Positions 17,656 through 25,847 of a stretch of 29,130 bases of DNA are shown here, piece after piece. Source of the stretch: a bacterium (lineage in GTDB: Bacteria > Patescibacteriota > Minisyncoccia > Phycocordibacterales > UBA5272); assembly GCA_043775745.1 (NCBI GenBank), contig JAYVSD010000068.1, forward strand, positions 1 to 29,130, read 5' to 3'. A program made the translations under genes and the position numbers. Numbering within the stretch: position 1 is the first letter of the stretch; each line of letters begins with the position of its first letter. The notes under the pieces were generated by a model. It had not been told where the DNA came from and searched no databases. It saw only the letters and a program-made list of their open reading frames with translations.

Positions 17656-18441
17656 TTACTTAATTATTTCACCATTATTTTTTAACCAGTCCCACCCCTC
17701 TACATAGTTTTGTGTTAGTAACCAATAGTTTTTATTATACCTACCAAAGCCCCATGGAGCTATTACTCTTTTTACACTTTCATTTAGAAAGGCTGGCAAT
17801 ATAGCGAATGATGAATTTGATAGTATTAAATACTTTGAGTATCTTATAGCTCTCCAATTTATACCCATGTCTTGTATAATCGGATAGTCAGGGAAAAACT
17901 TTGACGCCTCTTCTTTGTCATCTGTATGCACTACAAATTGCATGTCGCTATTAGTTTTTAACATTTCTTTTACTGCCATATCAAAGTAGTTTTTAGGCAA
18001 AAAGAAGTCCGCTACATATTTATACTCTCCTCCTCTAAAGTTTATTACACATACATTTTCTGGCATATCAAGAAAATCTACCTTTAGCCACTTTCGCACC
18101 GCTGCTTTCCTGTGTTTGAAATAGTCTATTCCTTGTAGCCACCCGTGTATAAGTGTATTATCTTCTATATCTTTAAACTTGGGGTCGTAGTCTTGTGTCT
18201 CTTCTTTGTACCAGTGATCTATAGTGTCTGGTAACACTTCTGGATGTTGTCCCTCCACATTTGACTTGCCACCCATTACTATCTCGCCAAAATTTAAAGT
18301 CATAAATGAGTGCCCTTTGAAGTTCTCTGGGTATTGTATCCCAAATTTATATCCTTTATCTGAGGCTAGGCATCTAGTCGCTACATAGTTGGCTAGCTGA
18401 TTGCCTAACCCACTACCAGTGTACATTGTGGTTACTAACAT
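17656..18441 (-). CDS. Glycosyltransferase family 11 (alpha-1,2-fucosyltransferase-like), divergent
   Basis: GLGNQL, GWLQGIDYF, INFRGGEY (in place of HVRRGDY) and ILSNSSF. Confidence 0.8.
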   Translation of the reverse strand: MLVTTMYTGSGLGNQLANYVATRCLASDKGYKFGIQYPENFKGHSFMTLNFGEIVMGGKSNVEGQHPEVLPDTIDHWYKEETQDYDPKFKDIEDNTLIHGWLQGIDYFKHRKAAVRKWLKVDFLDMPENVCVINFRGGEYKYVADFFLPKNYFDMAVKEMLKTNSDMQFVVHTDDKEEASKFFPDYPIIQDMGINWRAIRYSKYLILSNSSFAILPAFLNESVKRVIAPWGFGRYNKNYWLLTQNYVEGWDWLKNNGEIIK

Positions 18442-18941
18442 GGTATTAGAACTGTTAGCCCATTATTATTTGTATATTTATCTTTTACTTTCCATTCCTT
18501 TAACTCCTCTACCGCCTGCCATAATTCTGGGCAAGACGTTGTATCATGTAATACTATATACTTCTTAACTTTACTAGCATGTAATTTTAGCTCTTGTGAT
18601 AACTGATCGTAGGTATGTAAAGTATCTACAAATAACAAGTCTACTTCGTCTATTTCTATATCTAGTGTACTTGCTTGAATAAAGTTAAAGTCAATTGACT
18701 TTTCTTTACATATTGATACTACTTTATCAAAGGACTCTTTGCCACCTTGTGGTGCATACTCTGATGGATGTTTTATATCTATGCAAGTTAACTTTTTAGG
18801 ATTACCTTCTATAAAAGCCCATGTACTCACACAATACCTGACCCCCATCTCTGTTATGCTATCACACTCTTTTGCTAATTCTGCCAGTACTGGTAAATGT
18901 TCATTTATATCGCTTGCCGTGTTACATAGTTGTTTATACAT
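18435..18941 (-). CDS. Class I SAM-dependent methyltransferase (Methyltransf_24-like)
   Basis: DINEHL..L, EMGVR...ST, DLLFVDTLHTY and IVLHDT. Confidence 0.8.
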   Translation of the reverse strand: MYKQLCNTASDINEHLPVLAELAKECDSITEMGVRYCVSTWAFIEGNPKKLTCIDIKHPSEYAPQGGKESFDKVVSICKEKSIDFNFIQASTLDIEIDEVDLLFVDTLHTYDQLSQELKLHASKVKKYIVLHDTTSCPELWQAVEELKEWKVKDKYTNNNGLTVLIPC

Positions 18942-19515
18942 ATTTTTTTCTTAAAAAAGATCCTTCCTTTTCTTTTTCTTCATTAGTTAATAAATTTGTA
19001 GCTTGATGTTCTCCTACTCCTACTGTTATATGGTCTCCTCTCAAGATTATAGGCTCTCCATATTCTCTGTACATCCTATAATAAAAATCACAATCTAATA
19101 GCCATTTTAAGTCTTCATCAAACCTCACCTTTACATCTTTATGTATTGTTAAAGCCGACGGACTACCAATCTTATTATTACCTTGTAATATATCGCCTGT
19201 GTACTTTGGATCGAGATTATCATTACAGCCCACCACAAGCCATTTTTTGCCTTTTGGGAAGGCTTTAGCAATCAATTCTAGTGTGTGCTTATTAGTAAAA
19301 TAATCATCCATGTACATTATCTTGATAATATCGCCATTACATTTGTTTATGGCATTGTTGGTATTCTGTGACGCGTTGCCCTCGCTTGTGATTATTACTT
19401 CAATATCTTTATATGTCTGTTCTTCAATAGAGTTTAAAAGCCTTGCCATAAAGTAATTAGCATTCCTCATCTTTGAATAATAGGGTATAGCTATTGATAT
19501 CATAATTTTATCCAT
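18934..19515 (-). CDS. Glycosyltransferase family 2, short (start possibly 19503)
   Basis: ISIAIPYY, N.NNAI..C.GDIIKIMYMDD, IGSPS and LLDCDFYYRM. Confidence 0.8.
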   Translation of the reverse strand: MDKIMISIAIPYYSKMRNANYFMARLLNSIEEQTYKDIEVIITSEGNASQNTNNAINKCNGDIIKIMYMDDYFTNKHTLELIAKAFPKGKKWLVVGCNDNLDPKYTGDILQGNNKIGSPSALTIHKDVKVRFDEDLKWLLDCDFYYRMYREYGEPIILRGDHITVGVGEHQATNLLTNEEKEKEGSFLRKKYV

Positions 19516-20045
19516 TCTTTAGGGCATACAGTCCTTTCTACTCCGTCTGTGTACCATTGTTTTGGTGCTATTATCAATGTAGCTTTAGATAAATAAGCCC
19601 CCCACCAAGAAAAAGAGCTATTTGCTATTATTATACCCTTGCAACTAGCAATAATATTTAAATCTTGTACCTCATCCTTGCCTTTAGAGAAAGAACACCC
19701 TTTAAATATTTCTTGTTTCTTACACCATTCTATGTCATCAGAAAATACCATAAAGCTAGCACCCAAGAACATGCTCATGGCTTTCTTATAATAGTCTGTT
19801 TTTGATAAGTCCACATAGTAACTATTATTTACATAGTCACCTCTCCTCACATGTATAGCTACTTTGTCTATCTTGCCTATGTGGTCTCCGTACAACATCT
19901 TTATGCTATCTTTGTAACTTTCAAAGTACTTTGGATCTTGCAAATATATATCTGTTATCTCACCTTTTCTCATCTGAGAATAGATATAAGCCATTTGAAA
20001 CATTCTATTCCCTAGCCTGCCAAATAGTTTATCTAGTGAAATCAT
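19500..20045 (-). CDS. Glycosyltransferase family 11 (alpha-1,2-fucosyltransferase-like), compact
   Basis: GRLGNRMF, AIHVRRGDY, FSDDIEWCK and ANSSFSWWGAYL are canonical GT11 motifs. Confidence 0.9.
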   Translation of the reverse strand: MISLDKLFGRLGNRMFQMAYIYSQMRKGEITDIYLQDPKYFESYKDSIKMLYGDHIGKIDKVAIHVRRGDYVNNSYYVDLSKTDYYKKAMSMFLGASFMVFSDDIEWCKKQEIFKGCSFSKGKDEVQDLNIIASCKGIIIANSSFSWWGAYLSKATLIIAPKQWYTDGVERTVCPKEWIKL

Positions 20046-20046
20046 T

Positions 20047-20526
20047 TTATTTTGCTTTTCTAATTTCTTTTACCTTTTCCTCTATCTCATCTCTAACTTC
20101 TACTAAATACTTATTATCTACTATTTTTAATTCTATAGCTTTTTCAAATTCTCCTAGCTCTGGCTTTACCAAGTCATTAACTATTTTATTTATTTTACTT
20201 TCTACCAAATCTATTTTCTGTTGTACTTTCTCTACTTCTTCTATTTTTAGCTTGTAGGCTTCAACTAAAGGTCTCATTTCCTCTTTTAAGGGTATTAGTT
20301 GGCTTTCTAAAGGTCTTATCTGCTCGTAAAACTTCTCTAAGGGGACTTCCTGTTCACTCATCTGGTCTAGTAAAGGCTTCTTCTCATTTTCCATAATAAC
20401 TAGTTTCTCTTGATGGAGCTTTGCCACAGTCTCGTCGTTTATTTCAATAATTCTTGTACCTGTGTAATTTTTTTCGTCTAAATATTCTTTGGGTATTTGC
20501 ATAAAATCTCTATTTGTTTTTGCCAT
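20047..20526 (-). CDS. Acidic coiled-coil protein with Pro-Leu-initiated repeats
   Basis: 159 aa, E/K-rich; PLLDQ/PLEKF/PLESQ/PLKEE/PLVEA series. The start may be the second Met (MQIPKEY). Confidence 0.65.
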   Translation of the reverse strand: MAKTNRDFMQIPKEYLDEKNYTGTRIIEINDETVAKLHQEKLVIMENEKKPLLDQMSEQEVPLEKFYEQIRPLESQLIPLKEEMRPLVEAYKLKIEEVEKVQQKIDLVESKINKIVNDLVKPELGEFEKAIELKIVDNKYLVEVRDEIEEKVKEIRKAK

Positions 20527-21545
20527 TCACTGGCGTAATTTTTAATTGAATAATTTTCTAACACATAATCATGAGCTTTATTGGCTAATCGCCGATATTT
20601 CTCATGATTATTCTTTATTTCCACGACCATATTATACCACTCGTTATTATCTGTAACAAGTGTACAATAGTCTTTATTCTGTTGATAAGGTGATAACCCG
20701 TCTGAAAATGATTGTGCTAATACTGGTATTCGTAATAATGACATCTCTAAAAACTTCAAGTTGCTTTTACATTTATTAAAATAGTGATCTTTCCTAGGTA
20801 TTATTACTAAATCCAGTGCTAGCTTGGATATATTGTACATATAGTCCGTTACATTACACAACGGGTGCCATTCCACATTGTTAAGTGATTGCCAAAAGTC
20901 TAAGTCTTCTTGCATAGAGCTTGCCAAAAGCTTACCATTTGCTAATTTAACACCCATGACCACTATAGTTATATCATTTCTATCGTCTAGTTGTTTAATC
21001 TGTTCTTTAATATGGAAATAATCGTCATTTGTAGTCACTGATCCTATAAACCCTATACGGAACTTACTTGTTATATTAACTTTACATTTAAACTCGTCAT
21101 TTGGGTCTATGGTGTTCTTTAGCACCACTGTATTTTTGTTTATTTTACTGTATTCTTCTTTTAATATTTCTGTAGATGTAGTTATACCATGAGCTATTTT
21201 GCAAAACTCATTTAAGTTATTGTTTAGCTCTTTGGCTATTTCTACCTGTTTATTATTACCTAGTCTATGTAAAGGTATACCAGAATAGGTGTCATCATTA
21301 TCCATGATTATATATTTCCCTTTTGATTTTAATAGTTTTGCTAACTGTAGAGAGTTATTCCCTGTTGGTCTTTGAAAGCATACTATATCTGCCCTCATCG
21401 CTTTTTTTGTTAGCTCTTCTGCATTTTGTGTTGTGCCACTATTGATAAATTCTGATATTACTTGCTGATTAGAATAAACCCCAGGTAAATATCCTCTATA
21501 GTAGTAACAAAAATTATAATCTCCTTGTATATATAATATATTCAT
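20478..21545 (-). CDS. Glycosyltransferase, GT-B fold (GT4-like)
   Basis: CYYYRGYLP, ADIVCFQR, IMDNDD, RIGFIGS and DLVIIP...FNKCKSNLKFLE. Confidence 0.85.
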   Translation of the reverse strand: MNILYIQGDYNFCYYYRGYLPGVYSNQQVISEFINSGTTQNAEELTKKAMRADIVCFQRPTGNNSLQLAKLLKSKGKYIIMDNDDTYSGIPLHRLGNNKQVEIAKELNNNLNEFCKIAHGITTSTEILKEEYSKINKNTVVLKNTIDPNDEFKCKVNITSKFRIGFIGSVTTNDDYFHIKEQIKQLDDRNDITIVVMGVKLANGKLLASSMQEDLDFWQSLNNVEWHPLCNVTDYMYNISKLALDLVIIPRKDHYFNKCKSNLKFLEMSLLRIPVLAQSFSDGLSPYQQNKDYCTLVTDNNEWYNMVVEIKNNHEKYRRLANKAHDYVLENYSIKNYASEWQKQIEILCKYPKNI

Positions 21546-21865
21546 TATTTCTTTTGTAACAACTCTAATATTTGTGCTAGACTGCCTTCCATGCTATTAA
21601 CTTTACTTTCTAACTCTTGTATCTTATTTGGCTGTACTGTCCTTTGCTCTACCGTAGCTATTGGGGCTGATACTTGTGTGGCTTCTGTTGCCGCCGTATT
21701 TTTGTCTTTCTCTTTAGCTATAAGTTCCTGCATTCTCTCTTGATTGACTACTCTACCTCCTGATATTATTACTCCCCCATTCGCTTCGTCTACCATTTCT
21801 CTTATTGTACCATTTAAGTTTCTAACAGTTCTATTCCTATAAAGATTACCTATTGTGATTGACAT
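21545..21865 (-). CDS. Hypothetical protein, first gene of the glycosylation block
   Basis: 106 aa with a C-terminal coiled coil; TAATG overlap with the GT4-like gene. Confidence 0.7.
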   Translation of the reverse strand: MSITIGNLYRNRTVRNLNGTIREMVDEANGGVIISGGRVVNQERMQELIAKEKDKNTAATEATQVSAPIATVEQRTVQPNKIQELESKVNSMEGSLAQILELLQKK

Positions 21866-21871
21866 ATATAC

Positions 21872-21877
21872 ATTATA
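21872..21877 (-). promoter_or_regulatory. -10 box for a leaderless transcript of the GT block (no CCGACC)
   Basis: TATAAT-GTATAT-ATG(21865). Confidence 0.55.
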
Positions 21878-21878
21878 T

Positions 21879-21907
21879 AAACAAAAACACCCCCTGTAAA
21901 GAGGTAT
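21879..21907 (-). terminator. Putative intrinsic terminator after the capsid gene
   Basis: Minus strand ATACCTCTT-TAC-AGGGGGTGT stem (three G-U pairs) followed by TTTTGTTT. Confidence 0.55.
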
Positions 21908-21927
21908 CTTTGTTTTTCTGTGGATAA

Positions 21928-22875
21928 CTATAGTCCTACAGCCAAGCTGTGACTTCTGATTTTAACGGCAGAGTCAACCCTATTCTGTACTACACCAAAA
22001 CATAAGTCTACGGTAACTAGTTCACCTAGATACTCTTGAATGTATGATTGCTGTACACGCACACCTTCGCTACCTACAAAGCCCATATCCGCTTTAACTG
22101 GCATTGACATGCGAGCCCAGTGGATAGAGTCATTGTGTGCTAGCATATTAAGCCTAGCGGAGTTCTCACCTACTGCACCAGCTCCTAGTGGAACAGCTGG
22201 AGACACTATAACGGGGATACTGTACAATGACCTTGTAGGTGCTTTTGTACGAGGTAGCTCTGTCTGTGTATTCTGCCATAGTGTAAGCTTATCTACAGAG
22301 CCAATTTGTCTGTAGAAAGTGTTAGGATGGAATATCCATGCTACATCACCACCGTATACTGGTACACCTGTAGTTTCAAGTATAGAGATCGCGGCTAATA
22401 GTGAGGAGTCTGCTATATTGCTACCAGCAGTACCCAATATTTGATTAGCTACCGTAAAGTTAGTAAACTGTGCTGCAATAGCGTCATCTAGGTCTTGAGC
22501 TACTTCCCAAGCACAAGCTTTTGCAAACTTATCTTGTAAGTAGTAGCTTTTCTTTAGTTGAGCCATTTCTCTATCTTCGATAACAAAACTTGACTCTTTC
22601 CATGTTGATACAGTCAAAGTTACTTTTGTCTGTATAGGATTATTAAGAGTCACCTGTGTGTTATTAGCTTTAACAGTAGTCGCCATAGCCACTATATTAG
22701 GAGTGTATACGTCTGATCCACCATCCACTAACTCCTCACTTCTATCAATAAAGAACTGAGCTAAAGATAGATTGTATCTAAAGTAGTCATTTATTTTCTG
22801 CCCCCACAATAACGGAATATCTGCTGTAAGAGAGCCTCCTACACCACCACCCATTTGATTTGAGCCTAATGCCAT
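21928..22875 (-). CDS. Major capsid protein (HK97 fold; P22-coat/N4-gp56-like)
   Basis: 315 aa after the scaffold gene; IP.LWGQKI, G.DVYTP, AWEVAQDLDDAI and VDLCFGV...R pattern. Confidence 0.85.
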   Translation of the reverse strand: MALGSNQMGGGVGGSLTADIPLLWGQKINDYFRYNLSLAQFFIDRSEELVDGGSDVYTPNIVAMATTVKANNTQVTLNNPIQTKVTLTVSTWKESSFVIEDREMAQLKKSYYLQDKFAKACAWEVAQDLDDAIAAQFTNFTVANQILGTAGSNIADSSLLAAISILETTGVPVYGGDVAWIFHPNTFYRQIGSVDKLTLWQNTQTELPRTKAPTRSLYSIPVIVSPAVPLGAGAVGENSARLNMLAHNDSIHWARMSMPVKADMGFVGSEGVRVQQSYIQEYLGELVTVDLCFGVVQNRVDSAVKIRSHSLAVGL

Positions 22876-22883
22876 ATATTTAT

Positions 22884-23381
22884 TTATTTGTTAATAGATG
22901 CCCTCCAAAGTTCTTTGTGCTCTTCTGCTGAAAGCCCCGCACTTTGCATTGTTTTTTGTGCTTTAACTGTGCTTGAGTTTCTTGAGGCTGGTAGTTTAGA
23001 TTGTTTAGATCTTTCTTCCGCCTCTTTCACCTCTTTCATTGCTTTTAGTATCGGATCATTTTGTATGTCTAGTAATGATTTCCCTCTTAATTTTGCAAGA
23101 GCTTTCATTTCCCCTAACATTACATCATCTATTCCTTGAGCTTTCAATATTTTAGCTTCAATAACTTCGTCGTTTATCTGGTTGTTGTTAATAACTTTTT
23201 CTTCTGGCTTCTTTGACTCTTTATTGGCTTGATAAGCCATAGATTGTCTTTTAAGCTTTGAATACTCTGCTTTTGATAAAGTCACTAAGTCATCATCTTG
23301 ATTTTCAGTGCCATCATCTGTTGTAGTTATTTCTTCCTGTTCAACTACTTCGTCTTGAACATGTTCATTTTCTTTTTCCAT
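22884..23381 (-). CDS. Capsid scaffolding protein
   Basis: 165 aa, acidic N-terminus, coiled coil, C-terminal helix; immediately upstream of the capsid gene. Confidence 0.75.
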   Translation of the reverse strand: MEKENEHVQDEVVEQEEITTTDDGTENQDDDLVTLSKAEYSKLKRQSMAYQANKESKKPEEKVINNNQINDEVIEAKILKAQGIDDVMLGEMKALAKLRGKSLLDIQNDPILKAMKEVKEAEERSKQSKLPASRNSSTVKAQKTMQSAGLSAEEHKELWRASINK

Positions 23382-23471
23382 GAAATGATAATTGGTTAAA
23401 CGTTGTGACGCAACGATACGCTTTTGTTAATCGTTTTTTTGCGGAGATGAACGATAACTCTTGCTTTATAT

Positions 23472-23487
23472 AATATAATATGGTCGG
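23472..23487 (-). promoter_or_regulatory. CCGACC/-10 late promoter motif upstream of scaffold-capsid (about 85-nt leader)
   Basis: CCGACC-ATAT-TATATT, starting right after the TAG at 23488-23490. Confidence 0.6.
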
Positions 23488-23631
23488 CTATTTACTAAAA
23501 TTTGTTTTATTTCTTATCTTTAATGGTCTATGTAATTCTCCGTATTCTTTTATGGCATAAGGGAATATACCTGCATACTCTGCTAGTATCCTTTCTTTCT
23601 CTTGTGGATCTGATAAGTTATTTTGCCTCAT
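23488..23631 (-). CDS. 47-aa hypothetical protein (not in the ORF track)
   Basis: Read manually: MRQNNLSDPQEKERILAEYAGIFPYAIKEYGELHRPLKIRNKTNFSK*. It overlaps the upstream stop and fills the gap. Confidence 0.6.
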   Translation of the reverse strand: MRQNNLSDPQEKERILAEYAGIFPYAIKEYGELHRPLKIRNKTNFSK

Positions 23632-23842
23632 TTATTATATTTACTGGTTTTTTATTTAAACCATAAACACTATCTAATTTATCAAAAGCCCCTTCTATAA
23701 GTTCTTTGGCATCTTTTATGTGCTCTACACTTACACCCTCGTACATCCTATCTAATGCGGTATTATTTATATGCTGTATTATAAAAGCTAGTAAGGCTTC
23801 TTTAGTAGCTACATCGCCATTGAAGTGTTGTAATGGGTTCAT
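23618..23842 (-). CDS. Hypothetical protein (helical)
   Basis: 74 aa, 1 nt after the upstream stop. Confidence 0.7.
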   Translation of the reverse strand: MNPLQHFNGDVATKEALLAFIIQHINNTALDRMYEGVSVEHIKDAKELIEGAFDKLDSVYGLNKKPVNIINEAK

Positions 23843-23843
23843 A

Positions 23844-24080
23844 TTATATTAAGTTTACACAGTCTTGTATACGTAATCCTACCGTACCTGCTTTTACATT
23901 CGCTGCGTCTTGTGTCCTTTGTCCTGTGGTGCCGGCGTATCTATTCCACCCCTCCGTCTCTGTATCTGGGAAAGCTGTTCTGGCGTTTAATACACGTAAA
24001 GCTTCTGCGTTACGTAAGCTTGTTGTGCCTGCTAGTATATTTAACTTGTCTTGTATTCGTAATCCTATAGTTACTGCCAT
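23844..24080 (-). CDS. Small protein made of ~15-aa repeats, possibly a minor head protein
   Basis: Four copies of a (G)T.GLR.QD..N..A-like motif. Confidence 0.65.
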   Translation of the reverse strand: MAVTIGLRIQDKLNILAGTTSLRNAEALRVLNARTAFPDTETEGWNRYAGTTGQRTQDAANVKAGTVGLRIQDCVNLI

Positions 24081-24088
24081 ATGTATAT

Positions 24089-24104
24089 ATTATACTGCGG
24101 TCGG
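24089..24104 (-). promoter_or_regulatory. CCGACC/-10 late promoter motif overlapping the portal stop
   Basis: CCGACC-GCAG-TATAAT-ATATACAT-ATG(24080). Confidence 0.6.
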
Positions 24105-25841
24105 TGCGGTTGTGGCTTGTGCACTCATTGATGTTGGCTCTGCCCCTGTAGATGATAGCTGTATAGATGAGAATGGCACTCCTGACATTTCTATTATCTG
24201 TCCGAATATCTTTTTAAGTATAGGATCTTCTAACGCACCGTATTTGCCTGTCTGTTGATTATATGTGGATATAACTGTCTTAAATATAGAGTCGAGTGAT
24301 TGTAGTATCGCCCCTTTATTCTTTAGCTCTCCTGTGATATTTGCTGTTATCTTTCCCTCTATGTCTAGATAACCTTTAGGTATCTTTAGCTCTCTTTTCT
24401 TCCCATACTTACTAGCTAAAGTCTGTTTTGCCTGTGCCATGAGCATTTCCTGCTCTCCATTCTGGATTATGTCGCCTGCTAGTATTTTATCTACCATATG
24501 ATTATTTGTATGAGTAGTAGCTATATCTTTATCTATCATGTCTAATTCCTCGTCGGAGAAGTCTGATACCATGCTGTGGTCTGATAATATCTTATCTTTT
24601 AGATAAGGCAATACCCAATCATTGAGTATACTATTAAGCCATATACCCCATACCTCCTGTTGATACTGGAATGGTGAGTTAGCTACTTGATTAAGTATTT
24701 GTGTCTGACCTAGTGGTGTGCCTGATGGTGGCTGCTCTCCTGTATTGGCGTCGTATGTTGATGATATGCGATTATACTCATTTGAGAATTGTGTTATCAT
24801 ATTTTCAAATGCTGGTATAGAGGTTGTGGATAGCTGAAATGCGTCTAGTGTCTCATTTTGCTTTAATTCAAAGTGGTGCCCATTGTCTACTCCTACTATG
24901 GCATTCCCTATACCTTTGACATTGCCTTTAGTAAACACTTTACCTGATAGATCCAGTGCATTTTTAAGTTGTATATACTGATCATTTATCCATACTTGTG
25001 ATTGAAAGCCCTCTTCCCATACACCACGTCCTAGACTATTGCCTATCTTTTCCCATGCTAAATATTTGTATTTACTTTCATCCTCCTTTAAATCCTCTTT
25101 ATATAGTAAAAACTTTTTATCTCCTACTACAGCTAGATAAAAACACATTGTTTTATACTTGGTGTCATTTTTGTCATTTTCCTTTAAGTCTGGATCAAAG
25201 CTGTATGGGAATTCGCCTGTTACTTCTTTTATTTCTATTGCTCTGGGTTTATTTTTATTGACTTTACTATGTATCTTTACAGCGTCCTCTATGCTATCAT
25301 ACCCTGTCCATATGTCTACTTTCTCCATTAAGTCTGATATAGACATATAGTGTGTCTCTATGATTGGTGACCCCATTATATCATTAGGACTGAAATCAAC
25401 GTTTACCCAATCTACCACATCTACACATAGCTCGTCATCATCCTCATACTTTTTAACTAACACACCCCCATATTTTGGTCTAGTAAGCCCTATATCATTA
25501 AGAGTCTGAGAAAAGTTAGAGTCTTTTAAATATTTAAATAGCTCATGATTGATAATCATAGCTTCTGTTGCATACTCTAGTGTATCTGGCTCATACTTTA
25601 TGTCTTTTACATCTATATCTGTAGCTGTCTTTGCTACCCTTACTCTTGAGTTACCATGATTGATAAAAGGTTTTTCTCTCCCTAGTGCGTCTTTATCTCC
25701 TGATAGGTATTGATCCATTGAATAAAACTCTACTGTATGTATTATATCTTTAGGGTTTCTTACCAGTCCTGATATTCTTTCTGCTGGCTCATTGTATGAG
25801 TCTATAATATCATCAATATACGTTTTTATTTTATAATCCAT
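24090..25841 (-). CDS. Portal protein
   Basis: 583 aa directly after terL; YGGVLVK, GRGVWE and GEQPPSGTPLGQTQIL segments typical of podoviral portals. Confidence 0.85.
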   Translation of the reverse strand: MDYKIKTYIDDIIDSYNEPAERISGLVRNPKDIIHTVEFYSMDQYLSGDKDALGREKPFINHGNSRVRVAKTATDIDVKDIKYEPDTLEYATEAMIINHELFKYLKDSNFSQTLNDIGLTRPKYGGVLVKKYEDDDELCVDVVDWVNVDFSPNDIMGSPIIETHYMSISDLMEKVDIWTGYDSIEDAVKIHSKVNKNKPRAIEIKEVTGEFPYSFDPDLKENDKNDTKYKTMCFYLAVVGDKKFLLYKEDLKEDESKYKYLAWEKIGNSLGRGVWEEGFQSQVWINDQYIQLKNALDLSGKVFTKGNVKGIGNAIVGVDNGHHFELKQNETLDAFQLSTTSIPAFENMITQFSNEYNRISSTYDANTGEQPPSGTPLGQTQILNQVANSPFQYQQEVWGIWLNSILNDWVLPYLKDKILSDHSMVSDFSDEELDMIDKDIATTHTNNHMVDKILAGDIIQNGEQEMLMAQAKQTLASKYGKKRELKIPKGYLDIEGKITANITGELKNKGAILQSLDSIFKTVISTYNQQTGKYGALEDPILKKIFGQIIEMSGVPFSSIQLSSTGAEPTSMSAQATTAPTAV

Positions 25842-25847
25842 AAAAGT

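Noticed and set aside
16501-18941. Methyltransferases as DNA restriction-modification enzymes
   Set aside because: No DPPY/NPPY or PC catalytic motifs; family signatures and GT context point to small-molecule or sugar methylation.
8718-25350. Other plus-strand ORFs in the track (60-141 aa)
   Set aside because: All lie wholly or almost wholly antisense to well-supported minus-strand genes.
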